A stretch of 64,000 bases of DNA from positions 2,359 to 66,358 of the forward strand of contig JAYWIC010000027.1 in NCBI GenBank assembly GCA_043789195.1, read 5' to 3'. This DNA is from Arenimonas sp. GTDB taxonomy: Bacteria; Pseudomonadota; Gammaproteobacteria; Xanthomonadales; Xanthomonadaceae. A program made the translations under genes and the position numbers. Below, piece after piece: positions 17,415-27,319 of this stretch. The notes below the pieces were generated by a model that did not search any database, was not told where the DNA came from, and saw nothing but the letters and a program-made list of their open reading frames with translations. Positions within the stretch are counted from its first letter, which is position 1. Each line of letters opens with the position of its first letter.

Positions 17415-18995
17415 GTGGATATCACCCTCTGGCAACAAGCCAACGAACAATTCAATGCCAAACAATTCGAAGCGGCGAAGGCAAGTTGCGAGCAACTGTT
17501 GTTGCAGGAGCCCGAACAGGCCATGGTCTATTGCCTGTTGTCATCGTGTTACCAGAATCTTCGACGTCCCCGGCTGGCGACCTTCAATGCCTTCCAGGCC
17601 TGCAAACGTGCTGCCGGTTTGCCGGCTCGCGATATTCTGGCGATCAGCAATGCCTGCCTGATGGTCGGCGAAACGTTTCTTGGTCATAGCGTCTTGGCCA
17701 ATATCGATATCAACCTTCCGGCCAATCGCGATGTGCTGCTCGATGTCGGACGGCAATACAGTGCCCTGGAAGACCAACCGATGGCGCTGCGATTCGTGCA
17801 ACGGGCCCATGCCGAAGGCACCAATGGCTGGTTCGCCAACCATATTCTGAGCATCATCCTGAGCTTTACCGGCCCGGTCGAAAACGCGATTTCTGCCAGC
17901 GAGTCGTCCATTTCAAAAAACCGCATGCACGGCCATGCCCACTGGATGCGGGCGCAGTTCGGAAGCAAGGAAGGCAATGCACTTCGCGTGGCGCGCATGC
18001 GCGAAGTATTGACGCAACCGAATCTCACGCTGGATGACAAAACCTACCTGCATTACGGCATCTTCAAGGAACTCGATGCGATCAATGACACCGGTGGTGC
18101 GTGGGAAGCCTTGTGCGAAGGCATGAAACATCGTCATTCCGCGCTGCAATTTGGCATCGAGCGGGAAAACCTGTGTTTCGATAATCTGATCAAGGCGACC
18201 AGCGAACATTTTCTCGAAGTACCGACCAAAGTGCCGCAGGAAGTCACGCCGATTTTCGTGGTCGGCATGCCGCGCACCGGCACGACCTTGTTGGAACGCA
18301 TCATCGGAAATCATCCGCAAATTACCGCCTGCGGTGAATTGACCGATTTCAAGATGCAGTTGCAGTGGGCCGCCGATAAGCCCTTGCCGGTACAGATTCA
18401 TCCTGAATTTGGCGAACTGATTTCAAAAATCGATTTTCATCTGGTCGGCAACCGCTATCTGGAAAAAACCCGCCGCCTGATCGAAGGCCGCAAATTCTAT
18501 AGCGATAAAATGCCGCTCAATTATCTGTATGCCGGTCTGATATTAAAGGCGATTCCGCACGCGAAGATCATCCATCTGCGCCGGCATCCGATGGATGCCT
18601 GTTTTTCAAACCTGAAAGAACTGTTCGCCCACCATCATTACGCCTACAGCTACGACATGCTGGAGTGTGCCAATCACTACCGCAATTATTCGCGCCTGAT
18701 GAAACATTGGCACAGCATTGCACCGGGCCGCATTATCGATGTGCATTACGAACATCTGGTCACGCAACCCGAAGTCGAAGCCAGTCGCGTGCAGGAATTT
18801 CTCGGCTTGCCGGAAGTCGAAGGTGTCACCGACATTCTCGCCAATAAACGCATCACCACCACCGCCAGTACGCTGCAATTGCGCCAACCGATCCATACGA
18901 AAAACATGGGCGGTTGGAAGCGTTACGAAACCCAGCTTGAACCGATGCGGTTGGCGATGCTTGATGTGATCGAGGAATACGAAAAATTATTGTGA
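17415..18995 (+). CDS. TPR-containing sulfotransferase (Sulfotransfer_3-like)
   Basis: N-terminal helical TPR-like repeats, 5'-PSB loop IFVVGMPRTGTTLLERI, DKMPLN, IIHLRRHPMDACFS and VHYEHLV. GTG start. Confidence 0.88.
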   Translation: MDITLWQQANEQFNAKQFEAAKASCEQLLLQEPEQAMVYCLLSSCYQNLRRPRLATFNAFQACKRAAGLPARDILAISNACLMVGETFLGHSVLANIDINLPANRDVLLDVGRQYSALEDQPMALRFVQRAHAEGTNGWFANHILSIILSFTGPVENAISASESSISKNRMHGHAHWMRAQFGSKEGNALRVARMREVLTQPNLTLDDKTYLHYGIFKELDAINDTGGAWEALCEGMKHRHSALQFGIERENLCFDNLIKATSEHFLEVPTKVPQEVTPIFVVGMPRTGTTLLERIIGNHPQITACGELTDFKMQLQWAADKPLPVQIHPEFGELISKIDFHLVGNRYLEKTRRLIEGRKFYSDKMPLNYLYAGLILKAIPHAKIIHLRRHPMDACFSNLKELFAHHHYAYSYDMLECANHYRNYSRLMKHWHSIAPGRIIDVHYEHLVTQPEVEASRVQEFLGLPEVEGVTDILANKRITTTASTLQLRQPIHTKNMGGWKRYETQLEPMRLAMLDVIEEYEKLL

Positions 18996-19017
18996 TGCTT
19001 TTTTTGCGGCAGGAGAA

Positions 19018-21528
19018 TTAGGTGCCGCGCGGCTTCGCACGATGCGTCGCCGTCGCACTCCACGGATCTTCCGGCCAGGGGTGTCGCGGATAACGGCCTT
19101 TCATTTCCTTTTTGACTTCGGGATAGGTGCGTTCCCAGAAACCTTTCAGGTCCTGTGTGATTTGCAGCGGCTTTCCGCCAGGCGACAACAGATGCAAGGT
19201 CAGCGTTACGCGGCCATCGCAAATCCGCGGCGTATCGGCCAAACCGAATAATTCCTGCAGTTTTACTGCCAGCACCGGCGCGGCATCGTGCCGGTATTCA
19301 ATCGCACGTTCCATGCCCGAGGGCACCAGCATTTTTGTTGGTGCGAGTTGATCTATTTTTTGTCGTGTCGGCCAATCGAGTTCCGATTTCAGTGCCTCGC
19401 TCAATTCCTGTTCGTTTAAGCCGTCGAGCCGTGTTTTTCCCTGCAGCGCCGGTTTCAGCCATTGTTCCCGTCGCAGCAACAAGCCTTCATCGCTGAAATC
19501 GGGGAGCGACAATTCCGGTACCCATTGGCTTAAACAACGCACGCGCTCGCGCCACTGTTTCAAATTTTCCGTCCACGACAGGGCATCCAATCCGAGCTCG
19601 CCGATGGCATCGCAAAGTGCCTGTGCGGCTTTTGCCGGATCTGGTCTTCCGGCGGGTTTCGATTCCAGAATAATCTGCTCGAAACGCTTTTCGCGCCTTG
19701 CGATCAAGCCGCGGGCATCGTTATCCCAGCGAACAATATCCTGTTCGCTGAAGCGTTCAGGAAAATCTTTTTGCAGACGAATTTCATCCAGAGGTGCAGC
19801 CCTCAGAATGCTACTGTCCTTGTTGTCGAAACGACATTCGCTAATCGCCAACCAGGGCTCGCCAAACAAGGCGCTGTCATCCCAAATTTTCGCCATCCGC
19901 CCGTTCGCCATTTGATAACGGCGCGGATCATTAGGATGTTGTCTTGCGATACGCTCAGGAAATGCATGCAGCAATAAATCGCCGAGTGCATGCGCGGGAA
20001 AGGTTTTGTTTGACACTTTCTCGCAGCGCAAACGTCGCCGCCATTCCTGGCTGGCCTGGTCAATGGCGGCAATCCCGGAACGATTGATGTTGCCACTTAA
20101 GCGTCCGCTTCTGAATGCGGACAAGGCCTGCCAGCGTGACATCCAGTCATCACGCCTTTCACCCATGAGCGGATCGCGCGCTTCGATCAGGGCGGCCAAA
20201 TCGCAGGCCCGGGATTTTTCGTTTTCGTCATTTGCGGCAAGCAACATCGCGGCGATGCGCGGATGGGTGCCGAGCGCGAGAATTTTCTTGCCCAGTTCGG
20301 TAATCCGGCTTTGTTTGTCGATGGCATTCAGGCGTTGCAATAATTCGCGAGCCGCCGACATCACGCCCGTTGGCGGTGCCTCGACAAAACGCAGATCGCT
20401 ACTGCCCCAGGCGGCCAATTCCAGACACAGACCGCTTAATTCGGTTTGTGAAATTTCCGCGCTACGCATGGAGTCGAGTCGTTGCGAAGCGGGCCACAAA
20501 CGATAGTACCAACCTTCGGCAACACGGCCAGCTCGGCCGGCACGCTGGTCCGCCGATGCCTGCGAAATCATCACCGTTTCAAGACGTGAAAAACCGGAGT
20601 TAGGATCAAAGCGCGGTTCTCTCGACAAGCCGCTGTCAATCACGACACGCACGCCGGGCAAGGTCACCGAAGATTCGGCGATATTGGTCGCCAGCACGAT
20701 GCGGCGTTTGCCGTTTTTATCCGGTGCCAAGGCTTCGCTCTGTTTGTCGATCGGCATTTCGCCATACAGGCTGATCACCGAAACATTTTCGCTATTGGTG
20801 CTTGATGCCTGCAAGGCATTCTCGAGCTGGCGTATTTCTTTTTGACCCGGCAGGAAGATCAGTAAATCGCCTTCGTGTTTTTGCAGCACTTCTTCCACGC
20901 AGCGTTTTATCTGGAAAGTCAGGACTTCGTCGCGTCGAGCGGGGAAATGCGCGGTCGTGACGGGATAGCTTCGCCCTGCACTGGTAATCCGTTCCGCCTG
21001 CAGAAACTGGGCCAGTTTTTCACCGTCGAGTGTTGCCGACATCACCACGATGCGCAAATCTTCACGCAGCGATTGCTGGATATCGAGCGCCAGTGCCAAT
21101 CCAAGATCGGCGCTCAGATGACGTTCGTGAAATTCATCGAACAGGATGGCGGCAATATTTTCCAGACCAGGATCGTCCTGGATCATTCGGGTGAGGATGC
21201 CCTCGGTCACTACTTCAATTTTTGTCTTGGCCGAAATTTTGTTTTCAAAACGAATCCGGTAACCCACCGTTTCGCCCACGTTTTCGCCGAGCTGTTTCGC
21301 CATAAATCCGGCGGCGGCACGTGCCGCCACACGTCGCGGTTCCAGCATCAGGATTTTTTTATCGCCACGCCAGGACGCTTTCAATAATGCAATCGGAATC
21401 TGGGTGGTCTTACCGGCACCGGGCGGCGCTTCCAGTACCAGACGCGTTCGGGATTGCAAGCTTGAAGTAATCGCCGGCAATACCTCATTGATCGGAAAAT
21501 CCATCATCGGGTGCTTGCTGGCGAACAT
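19018..21528 (-). CDS. hrpB: ATP-dependent helicase HrpB (start may be 21507/21504)
   Basis: APPGAGKTT, DEFH, MSAT, ATNIAESSVT, QRAGRAGR, and C-terminal LQITQDLKGFW...GRYPRHPWP. Confidence 0.96.
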   Translation of the reverse strand: MFASKHPMMDFPINEVLPAITSSLQSRTRLVLEAPPGAGKTTQIPIALLKASWRGDKKILMLEPRRVAARAAAGFMAKQLGENVGETVGYRIRFENKISAKTKIEVVTEGILTRMIQDDPGLENIAAILFDEFHERHLSADLGLALALDIQQSLREDLRIVVMSATLDGEKLAQFLQAERITSAGRSYPVTTAHFPARRDEVLTFQIKRCVEEVLQKHEGDLLIFLPGQKEIRQLENALQASSTNSENVSVISLYGEMPIDKQSEALAPDKNGKRRIVLATNIAESSVTLPGVRVVIDSGLSREPRFDPNSGFSRLETVMISQASADQRAGRAGRVAEGWYYRLWPASQRLDSMRSAEISQTELSGLCLELAAWGSSDLRFVEAPPTGVMSAARELLQRLNAIDKQSRITELGKKILALGTHPRIAAMLLAANDENEKSRACDLAALIEARDPLMGERRDDWMSRWQALSAFRSGRLSGNINRSGIAAIDQASQEWRRRLRCEKVSNKTFPAHALGDLLLHAFPERIARQHPNDPRRYQMANGRMAKIWDDSALFGEPWLAISECRFDNKDSSILRAAPLDEIRLQKDFPERFSEQDIVRWDNDARGLIARREKRFEQIILESKPAGRPDPAKAAQALCDAIGELGLDALSWTENLKQWRERVRCLSQWVPELSLPDFSDEGLLLRREQWLKPALQGKTRLDGLNEQELSEALKSELDWPTRQKIDQLAPTKMLVPSGMERAIEYRHDAAPVLAVKLQELFGLADTPRICDGRVTLTLHLLSPGGKPLQITQDLKGFWERTYPEVKKEMKGRYPRHPWPEDPWSATATHRAKPRGT

Positions 21529-21561
21529 GACAAGCAGACGGTTTTTTGCGATGCTTCGGCC

Positions 21562-22347
21562 ATGTCGTCATCCAGTAAGTTCGTCAAACATTATCCCAAA
21601 ATTCCAGGCTATCGTCTTATTAAACCAAGACGCTGCCAGGTGTTTGGTGTCGGTTCGCCGAAAACCGGTACGCATTCGCTAGCCGGCATTTTCGAGAAAA
21701 ACTTTCGCGCCCTGCACGAAGCCGAAGTGAAGCAGCAAATTGAACTGCTGTTAAGGCATCTCAAAGGTCTTTGCCATCCCGGTGAAACACGGCAATGGTT
21801 TATTGATCGAAGCCACCGGCTTTGGCTTGATTGCGATGTATCGCATCTGCATGGTCATTTTGTTGCTGAGATCGCAGAAGCCATTCCGGAGGCAAAATTT
21901 ATTCTCACCCTGCGCGAACCTCGTTCATGGCTGGACTCGGCCTTTAACCAGACGCTAGGGCGTCCGGTCGGCGGTCTCTGGGCAGCGCTTAGAACTGCCG
22001 TTTATGGCGATCAGCCGGACGACTATCCGGAACAGGAGAAAGCGCTTCAGGCTCTTGGTCTGTATTCGCTTTCCCAATATCTTGATCGCTGGGCCGAACG
22101 CATCGAACGCGTTACTGCGGCGATTCCGCAGGAGCGATTGCTAATACTGAAAACCCGCGAGCTTGAAAACAGTGCAGATCGTATCGCCGATTTTTGCGGT
22201 GTCGATCGCCACTTGTTATCTGCCAAGGAAGCGCATCGCTTTCCTGCGGCGAAAAAAACCGGCGTGCTGGACAGCATCGATAAAGAATATCTCGAAGGTT
22301 TAATTCACCAGCGCTGCGGCGCGCTGCTGCAACGATATTTTACCTGA
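21562..22347 (+). CDS. Stand-alone sulfotransferase family protein (Sulfotransfer_4-like)
   Basis: FGVGSPKTGTHSL PAPS-binding loop and AKFILTLREPRSWLDS. Start moved to ATG 21562 to avoid overlapping hrpB. Confidence 0.75.
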   Translation: MSSSSKFVKHYPKIPGYRLIKPRRCQVFGVGSPKTGTHSLAGIFEKNFRALHEAEVKQQIELLLRHLKGLCHPGETRQWFIDRSHRLWLDCDVSHLHGHFVAEIAEAIPEAKFILTLREPRSWLDSAFNQTLGRPVGGLWAALRTAVYGDQPDDYPEQEKALQALGLYSLSQYLDRWAERIERVTAAIPQERLLILKTRELENSADRIADFCGVDRHLLSAKEAHRFPAAKKTGVLDSIDKEYLEGLIHQRCGALLQRYFT

Positions 22348-23469
22348 TCTGGCGCTGCTTGTCGGCGTGCCAACAGGTGACGGCTTTTGCGATGATGGTT
22401 TTTTTTGCGGGCTCTGTATCGGCGGTTTGATGTAATGCCTTTTGCTCAGCGCCGCGATGGCCAGAAGCTGAACTTCATTGAGTCCATCAACGATGCGCGT
22501 GCGTTGGTCCTTCACGAAAATAATGCCGTTGTTACCGGCGGCCCAGTCCACCCAGGGCGTTACGCCGAACGCACCGGGGCTTGATACCCGTGTCGTGATA
22601 CCGCGCGAATCGACGGCTTCGACCCATTGGCCAATGCCGTATCCGAAATTTTCCGGCGAGGGCGTGCTTAAGATAATTTTTCCGGCGGCCTGGTTAAATG
22701 CCATGAAAGCCAGCGTGTCATCGCCGAGATAATTTTCTCCACCATGCACACCGCCTGCCAGCACCATGTCCAGTACGCGTCCGTAATCGGATTGAGTGCT
22801 GCGAACCCCGCCGGCAATGCGCGGATTGCCGGTCCAGACATAGCCGTCTTGCGTCGAACCGCTAGCAAAGTCGGTAGCAGTTAATCCCAGTGGCACCACC
22901 AGCTCGTCATAAAACAACAAATTCCAGTTTTTACCGGAGGCGATTTCCGCAAGACGGCCTGCCACCTGCATCGAATTTCCTCCGTAGGAAAAACTGCTGC
23001 CAGGTGTTGATTCCATTGGTAGATCCAGAATTTGTCGCGCGCAATTATCCAGCGTAATAAATCGATTCGATAAACAGCCAGTCGTTTCATTGCCGGGTAA
23101 GCCACTGGTGTGGGAAAACAATTGCGCCATTGTGATATCGCGTTTGTTGGCAGGTGCGTCCGGCATCCATTTGCCGATCGTGTCATTCCATTGCATCTGA
23201 TTTTTCTCGACTAGTCTCGCGATCACGAGGGCCGATAACCATTTACTCGCCGAGGCAATCGGCACCCGCGTGCCGGCATTGTAATTGCCGTAATAATTTT
23301 CCATCTGGACCTTGCCGTCACGTGCCAGCCGAATACTGCTGCCATCCAGGCCATAGTCAACCATCAATGCCTGCATCGAAATATCAACCGGCCGAGTGTC
23401 GTACAAGGGTTTGGCGTATACAGAGGTGGCCGATAACAGCAAGCCGCTTGCGAGGAGTCGTGTTTTCAT
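22300..23469 (-). CDS. Secreted serine hydrolase (beta-lactamase class C / AmpC-like family)
   Basis: Signal peptide MKTRLLASGLLLSATSVYA, SASK (SxxK), LFSHTSG, PGSSFSYG and GAFG. Confidence 0.85.
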   Translation of the reverse strand: MKTRLLASGLLLSATSVYAKPLYDTRPVDISMQALMVDYGLDGSSIRLARDGKVQMENYYGNYNAGTRVPIASASKWLSALVIARLVEKNQMQWNDTIGKWMPDAPANKRDITMAQLFSHTSGLPGNETTGCLSNRFITLDNCARQILDLPMESTPGSSFSYGGNSMQVAGRLAEIASGKNWNLLFYDELVVPLGLTATDFASGSTQDGYVWTGNPRIAGGVRSTQSDYGRVLDMVLAGGVHGGENYLGDDTLAFMAFNQAAGKIILSTPSPENFGYGIGQWVEAVDSRGITTRVSSPGAFGVTPWVDWAAGNNGIIFVKDQRTRIVDGLNEVQLLAIAALSKRHYIKPPIQSPQKKPSSQKPSPVGTPTSSARSGKISLQQRAAALVN

Positions 23470-23568
23470 GATGCCGTGGTTGAATGACGGTGATGGACAT
23501 GAAAACGCGGCGGCTGCGTTCCGGTTGACCATTCTTTACACTAGCGCATTGAATTAAGCGGATTCCCC

Positions 23569-24369
23569 ATGGAATTGATCGATATTGGCGCCAATCTGGG
23601 CCATGAAAGTTTTCAGCATGATTTTGAAGAGATGCTGGGGCGCGCACGCGAGGCCGGCATCGTGCACATGGTGGTCACCGGTGCCTCGCGTGAAGGTTCG
23701 CGGGAGGCGCTGCGGCTGGCGCGGGATCATGCCGGCTTTTTATCAGCCACCGCCGGCGTGCATCCGCATCATGCCCTTGAGGTGACCGAAGAAGGCATGG
23801 CCGAATTACGTGCCCTGCATGCCTTGCCAGAGATTGTCGCGGTGGGTGAGTGCGGTCTGGATTATTTTCGCGATTTTTCGCCGCGCCCGGCACAGCGCAA
23901 TGCGTTCGAACGGCAATTGCAGCTCGCCGTCGAATGTGGAAAGCCGCTTTTTCTGCACCAGCGAGATGCCCACGAAGATTTCATGGCGCTGATGAAAAAT
24001 TTCGACGGCCAATTGAACAAGGCTGTCGTACATTGTTTTACCGGCAGCAAAAAAGAGTGTTTCGAATATCTCGATGCCGATTACTACATCGGCATTACCG
24101 GCTGGTTATGCGACGAACGTCGCGGCCAGCATCTGCGCGAAATCGTGCCGCATATTCCGGCCAATCGTTTATTGATCGAAACCGACAGTCCGTATCTGCT
24201 GCCTCGTTCAATCAGGCCAAAACCAAAATTGCATCGCAACGAGCCGATGTATTTGAAACATATCGTCGAAGAGTTGGCGAAGGATCGTGGTGAATCGGTT
24301 GAGCTTACCGCAAGCACCAGTGCCTCGAATGCCAATGATTTTTTCAATTTGAAGCTATCCCTTCAATAA
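23569..24369 (+). CDS. tatD: TatD family hydrolase/DNase
   Basis: DIGANL, GVHPH, VGECGLDY, LHQRDAH, VVHCFTG and IETDSPYL. Confidence 0.93.
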   Translation: MELIDIGANLGHESFQHDFEEMLGRAREAGIVHMVVTGASREGSREALRLARDHAGFLSATAGVHPHHALEVTEEGMAELRALHALPEIVAVGECGLDYFRDFSPRPAQRNAFERQLQLAVECGKPLFLHQRDAHEDFMALMKNFDGQLNKAVVHCFTGSKKECFEYLDADYYIGITGWLCDERRGQHLREIVPHIPANRLLIETDSPYLLPRSIRPKPKLHRNEPMYLKHIVEELAKDRGESVELTASTSASNANDFFNLKLSLQ

Positions 24370-24382
24370 CCTGGGTATTTCC

Positions 24383-25471
24383 ATGTGGGCTTTTTTTGGT
24401 TTCAGCACCCTGATCATCAGCATCATCATGCTTGGCGTGCACCGCTACGAGGCTAAGTGGTCGGGAATTTTTGCGAACAATTGCTATTACAAGGAAGGCA
24501 GAAATCATAAGACCAAGAAGCTGTACTGGATAGAAATCGGAGTCTCGACCAACAGCATTCTGGATTTCGAACTCAAGAAGGAATCCTGGCTCGACCGGTT
24601 CTTCAAGGCAATTGGCCTGTCGAAAGAAGGCCTGATCGGGAAAGATGAACTCGAACGGAGTATTTACGTGGTTTCCGATGATGAGCGCGTATTTTCTGCT
24701 CTCCAGACCGCCAATATGCATCAAGAGTTGCAGTATTTTTTTGATTCTCGCCTTCATCCCGGTTTTAGACTAAAGCGCATCGTCTGTCGCGCGGGAAAAA
24801 TACGGGCTCGCTTCAAGGTGATGGATTCCGACTCGGATTATTTCTATCTGATCAAGCTGGTACAACCGCATCTTCGGGCCATCGATGAATTGCTTCCCGA
24901 TCAGTTACTGAGCGACGAGCCGCAGCGCGATCCTTATTTCCTTAAATCGATTCTGATTCTGGCAACCAGCAGTGGGCTTGCCATCAACGGTCTTGTCCAA
25001 TTGCTGCGTGTGGGCTTCTTCAATGTCCCTTTCATCGTCGACGCCTGGCAGCTTTGGACCATGAGCCTTGTGTATGCAGCCGGAGTCATGTTGGTGTTAG
25101 TCACCGGCACGATTGTTTTACTGGCAAGAACTTCGCGTGCCCATCTGGTCTTGTTTGAAGTATTGCTGGTCGGAGGTATTGGGGCGGTAATTTCCTGTGT
25201 CGTCCATTTGCGTGATTTGAATATCGAGCTGGATACAAAACCGGCCACCGCTTTCAGCACACAGGTGATAGATAAAGACATTAGTCGCAGCCGCAAAGGC
25301 GGCACGCGCTACTACATTACCCTAGCTGGCTGGAATGAAAATTCCGGCAGTAAACGCGTCAAGGTGAGTTATACCGATTACGGCCAATACACGGTTGGTG
25401 GGGCCGTGGATGTCTACCAAAAGCCCGGTTATCTAAACATCCGTTGGGTTGAGCGTATTGAAAGGAAGTGA
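24383..25471 (+). CDS. Hypothetical membrane protein (362 aa)
   Basis: Long ORF with an N-terminal anchor, three central hydrophobic helices and a beta-rich C-terminal domain. No family recognised. Confidence 0.7.
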   Translation: MWAFFGFSTLIISIIMLGVHRYEAKWSGIFANNCYYKEGRNHKTKKLYWIEIGVSTNSILDFELKKESWLDRFFKAIGLSKEGLIGKDELERSIYVVSDDERVFSALQTANMHQELQYFFDSRLHPGFRLKRIVCRAGKIRARFKVMDSDSDYFYLIKLVQPHLRAIDELLPDQLLSDEPQRDPYFLKSILILATSSGLAINGLVQLLRVGFFNVPFIVDAWQLWTMSLVYAAGVMLVLVTGTIVLLARTSRAHLVLFEVLLVGGIGAVISCVVHLRDLNIELDTKPATAFSTQVIDKDISRSRKGGTRYYITLAGWNENSGSKRVKVSYTDYGQYTVGGAVDVYQKPGYLNIRWVERIERK

Positions 25472-25477
25472 GCCTGA

Positions 25478-26254
25478 TCAGGAGCGCAAGCCAACACCCT
25501 TGGTCAACAAACGCAATCCCAGCCATCCCAATGCCACAACAAAAAACAGCATCACAGCGAACGCAGTCCAAAGCGGCAAATCACTGGCCGATTCGCCGAG
25601 CAAACCGTAGCGGAAGGCATTGACCATATAGAAAATCGGATTGGCGTGGGTTGCGTTCTGTGCCCATTCGGGCAATACGCGGACCGAATAGAACACGCCG
25701 CCCAGATAGGTGAGCGGTGTCAGGATAAAGGTCGGAATAATCGCGATGTCGTCGAATTTTTTCGCGTAGACCGCATTGACGAAACCGGCGAGTGAGAAAA
25801 TGGTTGCGCCCAGGATTACCGTACTCAACATCACGAACGGATGCGGCACGCGGACGTGGGTAAAAAACATCGCGATAATTAATACAATAATGCCGACCAT
25901 CAAACCACGTAGCACTCCACCGGAAACATAGCCGAGCAAAATTACCCAGTTTGGCATTGGCGACACCAGCAATTCTTCCACGTGACGGCCAAATTTGGCG
26001 CCGAAAAAACTGGAGCTGATATTGCCGTAGGCGTTCTGGATCACCGCCATCATCACCAGTCCCGGCACGATGAAATCCATGTAATCAAAACCGCCCATGT
26101 CGCCAATTCGCGAACCGATCAGCTTTCCGAAAATCAGGAAGTAGAGCGTCATCGTGATCGCCGGAGGCACCAGGGTTTGACCCCAGATTCGCAATATGCG
26201 CATCACTTCGCGACGGGCGATGGTTTTAAGGGCAATCAGATTCGGGTTCGGCAT
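25478..26254 (-). CDS. ABC-2 transporter permease (YadH-like)
   Basis: RIWGQTLVPPAITMTLYFLIFG and YMDFIVPGLVMMAVIQNAYGN. Confidence 0.9.
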   Translation of the reverse strand: MPNPNLIALKTIARREVMRILRIWGQTLVPPAITMTLYFLIFGKLIGSRIGDMGGFDYMDFIVPGLVMMAVIQNAYGNISSSFFGAKFGRHVEELLVSPMPNWVILLGYVSGGVLRGLMVGIIVLIIAMFFTHVRVPHPFVMLSTVILGATIFSLAGFVNAVYAKKFDDIAIIPTFILTPLTYLGGVFYSVRVLPEWAQNATHANPIFYMVNAFRYGLLGESASDLPLWTAFAVMLFFVVALGWLGLRLLTKGVGLRS

Positions 26255-26301
26255 ATTTCATTCCAGCTCGGCGAGCTTTGGCATGGATCAGGTGGTGTGG
26301 T

Positions 26302-27237
26302 TCAGGCGGCTTTGTTGGCATCGCCGGTCAGCTTCACGAATAATTCTTCCAGACGATTCACCTTGTTTCGCATCGAGCGAACCCGGATCCCGGCCTGATT
26401 GAGCTCGCTGAAAATATGATTCAAATCCATCGCCCGCGGTTTTTCGATATCCAGCGTGTGGCTATCGGTGGCGACCAAAGTGACCTTATCCAGATGTGGC
26501 AAATTCTCTGGCAAATCGCCTTCGATATCGAGCAGGAATCCTTCGACATCCAATTTTGCCAGTAAGGCTTTCATCGGGCCTTGTTCGATGATGCGACCTT
26601 TGTCGATGATCGCCAGATTGCGACAAAGATTTTCCGCCTCTTCCAGATAATGCGTGGTCAGAATGACAGTCGTTCCGGCCAGATTCGCTTCACGCAGGGT
26701 TTTCCACATGCCGCGGCGGATTTCGATATCCACGCCGGCGGTCGGTTCATCGAGAATCAATAATCTTGGCTGCGTCATCATCGCGCGGGCAATCATCAGG
26801 CGGCGCTTCATGCCGCCGGACAAGGTCCTCGACATCATGTGGGCTTTTTCCCAAAGCTGGGCGCGTTTCATTTCTTCTTCGGCTCGCACCAGTGCCGTCT
26901 TGCGATCCATGCCGTAGAAGCCGGCGTAGTTCACGCAAATATCGAGCGGCTTTTCGAACATATTGAAATTGATTTCCTGCGGAACCAGACCGATTTGCCG
27001 CATGGCATCGCTACGTTGTTTTTGCAGATCGATACCGAAGACCTTGACTTGGCCGCTGCTGGAGTTGACCAGCGAACTCACCACCCCGATCAAGGTCGAT
27101 TTCCCGGCACCGTTTGGGCCGAGCAAAGCGAAGAAATCGCCCGGTAACACCGACAGCGACACCCCTTTCAGGGCCTCGACGCCGTTGTCGTAGGTTTTTT
27201 TGAGTGCACTGATTTCGAGTGCCGGCGAGGTTTGCAT
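26302..27237 (-). CDS. ABC transporter ATP-binding protein (YadG-like)
   Basis: GPNGAGKST, LSGGMKRR, ILDEPTAGVD and TTHYLEEAE. Confidence 0.92.
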   Translation of the reverse strand: MQTSPALEISALKKTYDNGVEALKGVSLSVLPGDFFALLGPNGAGKSTLIGVVSSLVNSSSGQVKVFGIDLQKQRSDAMRQIGLVPQEINFNMFEKPLDICVNYAGFYGMDRKTALVRAEEEMKRAQLWEKAHMMSRTLSGGMKRRLMIARAMMTQPRLLILDEPTAGVDIEIRRGMWKTLREANLAGTTVILTTHYLEEAENLCRNLAIIDKGRIIEQGPMKALLAKLDVEGFLLDIEGDLPENLPHLDKVTLVATDSHTLDIEKPRAMDLNHIFSELNQAGIRVRSMRNKVNRLEELFVKLTGDANKAA

Positions 27238-27319
27238 AGCGTTCTCCTGGTCTCCACAACGCGCGACCTGATTGCCTAGTATAATCGGCTTCCTTATTTA
27301 ACCGTCGGCCCAAAGCCTT

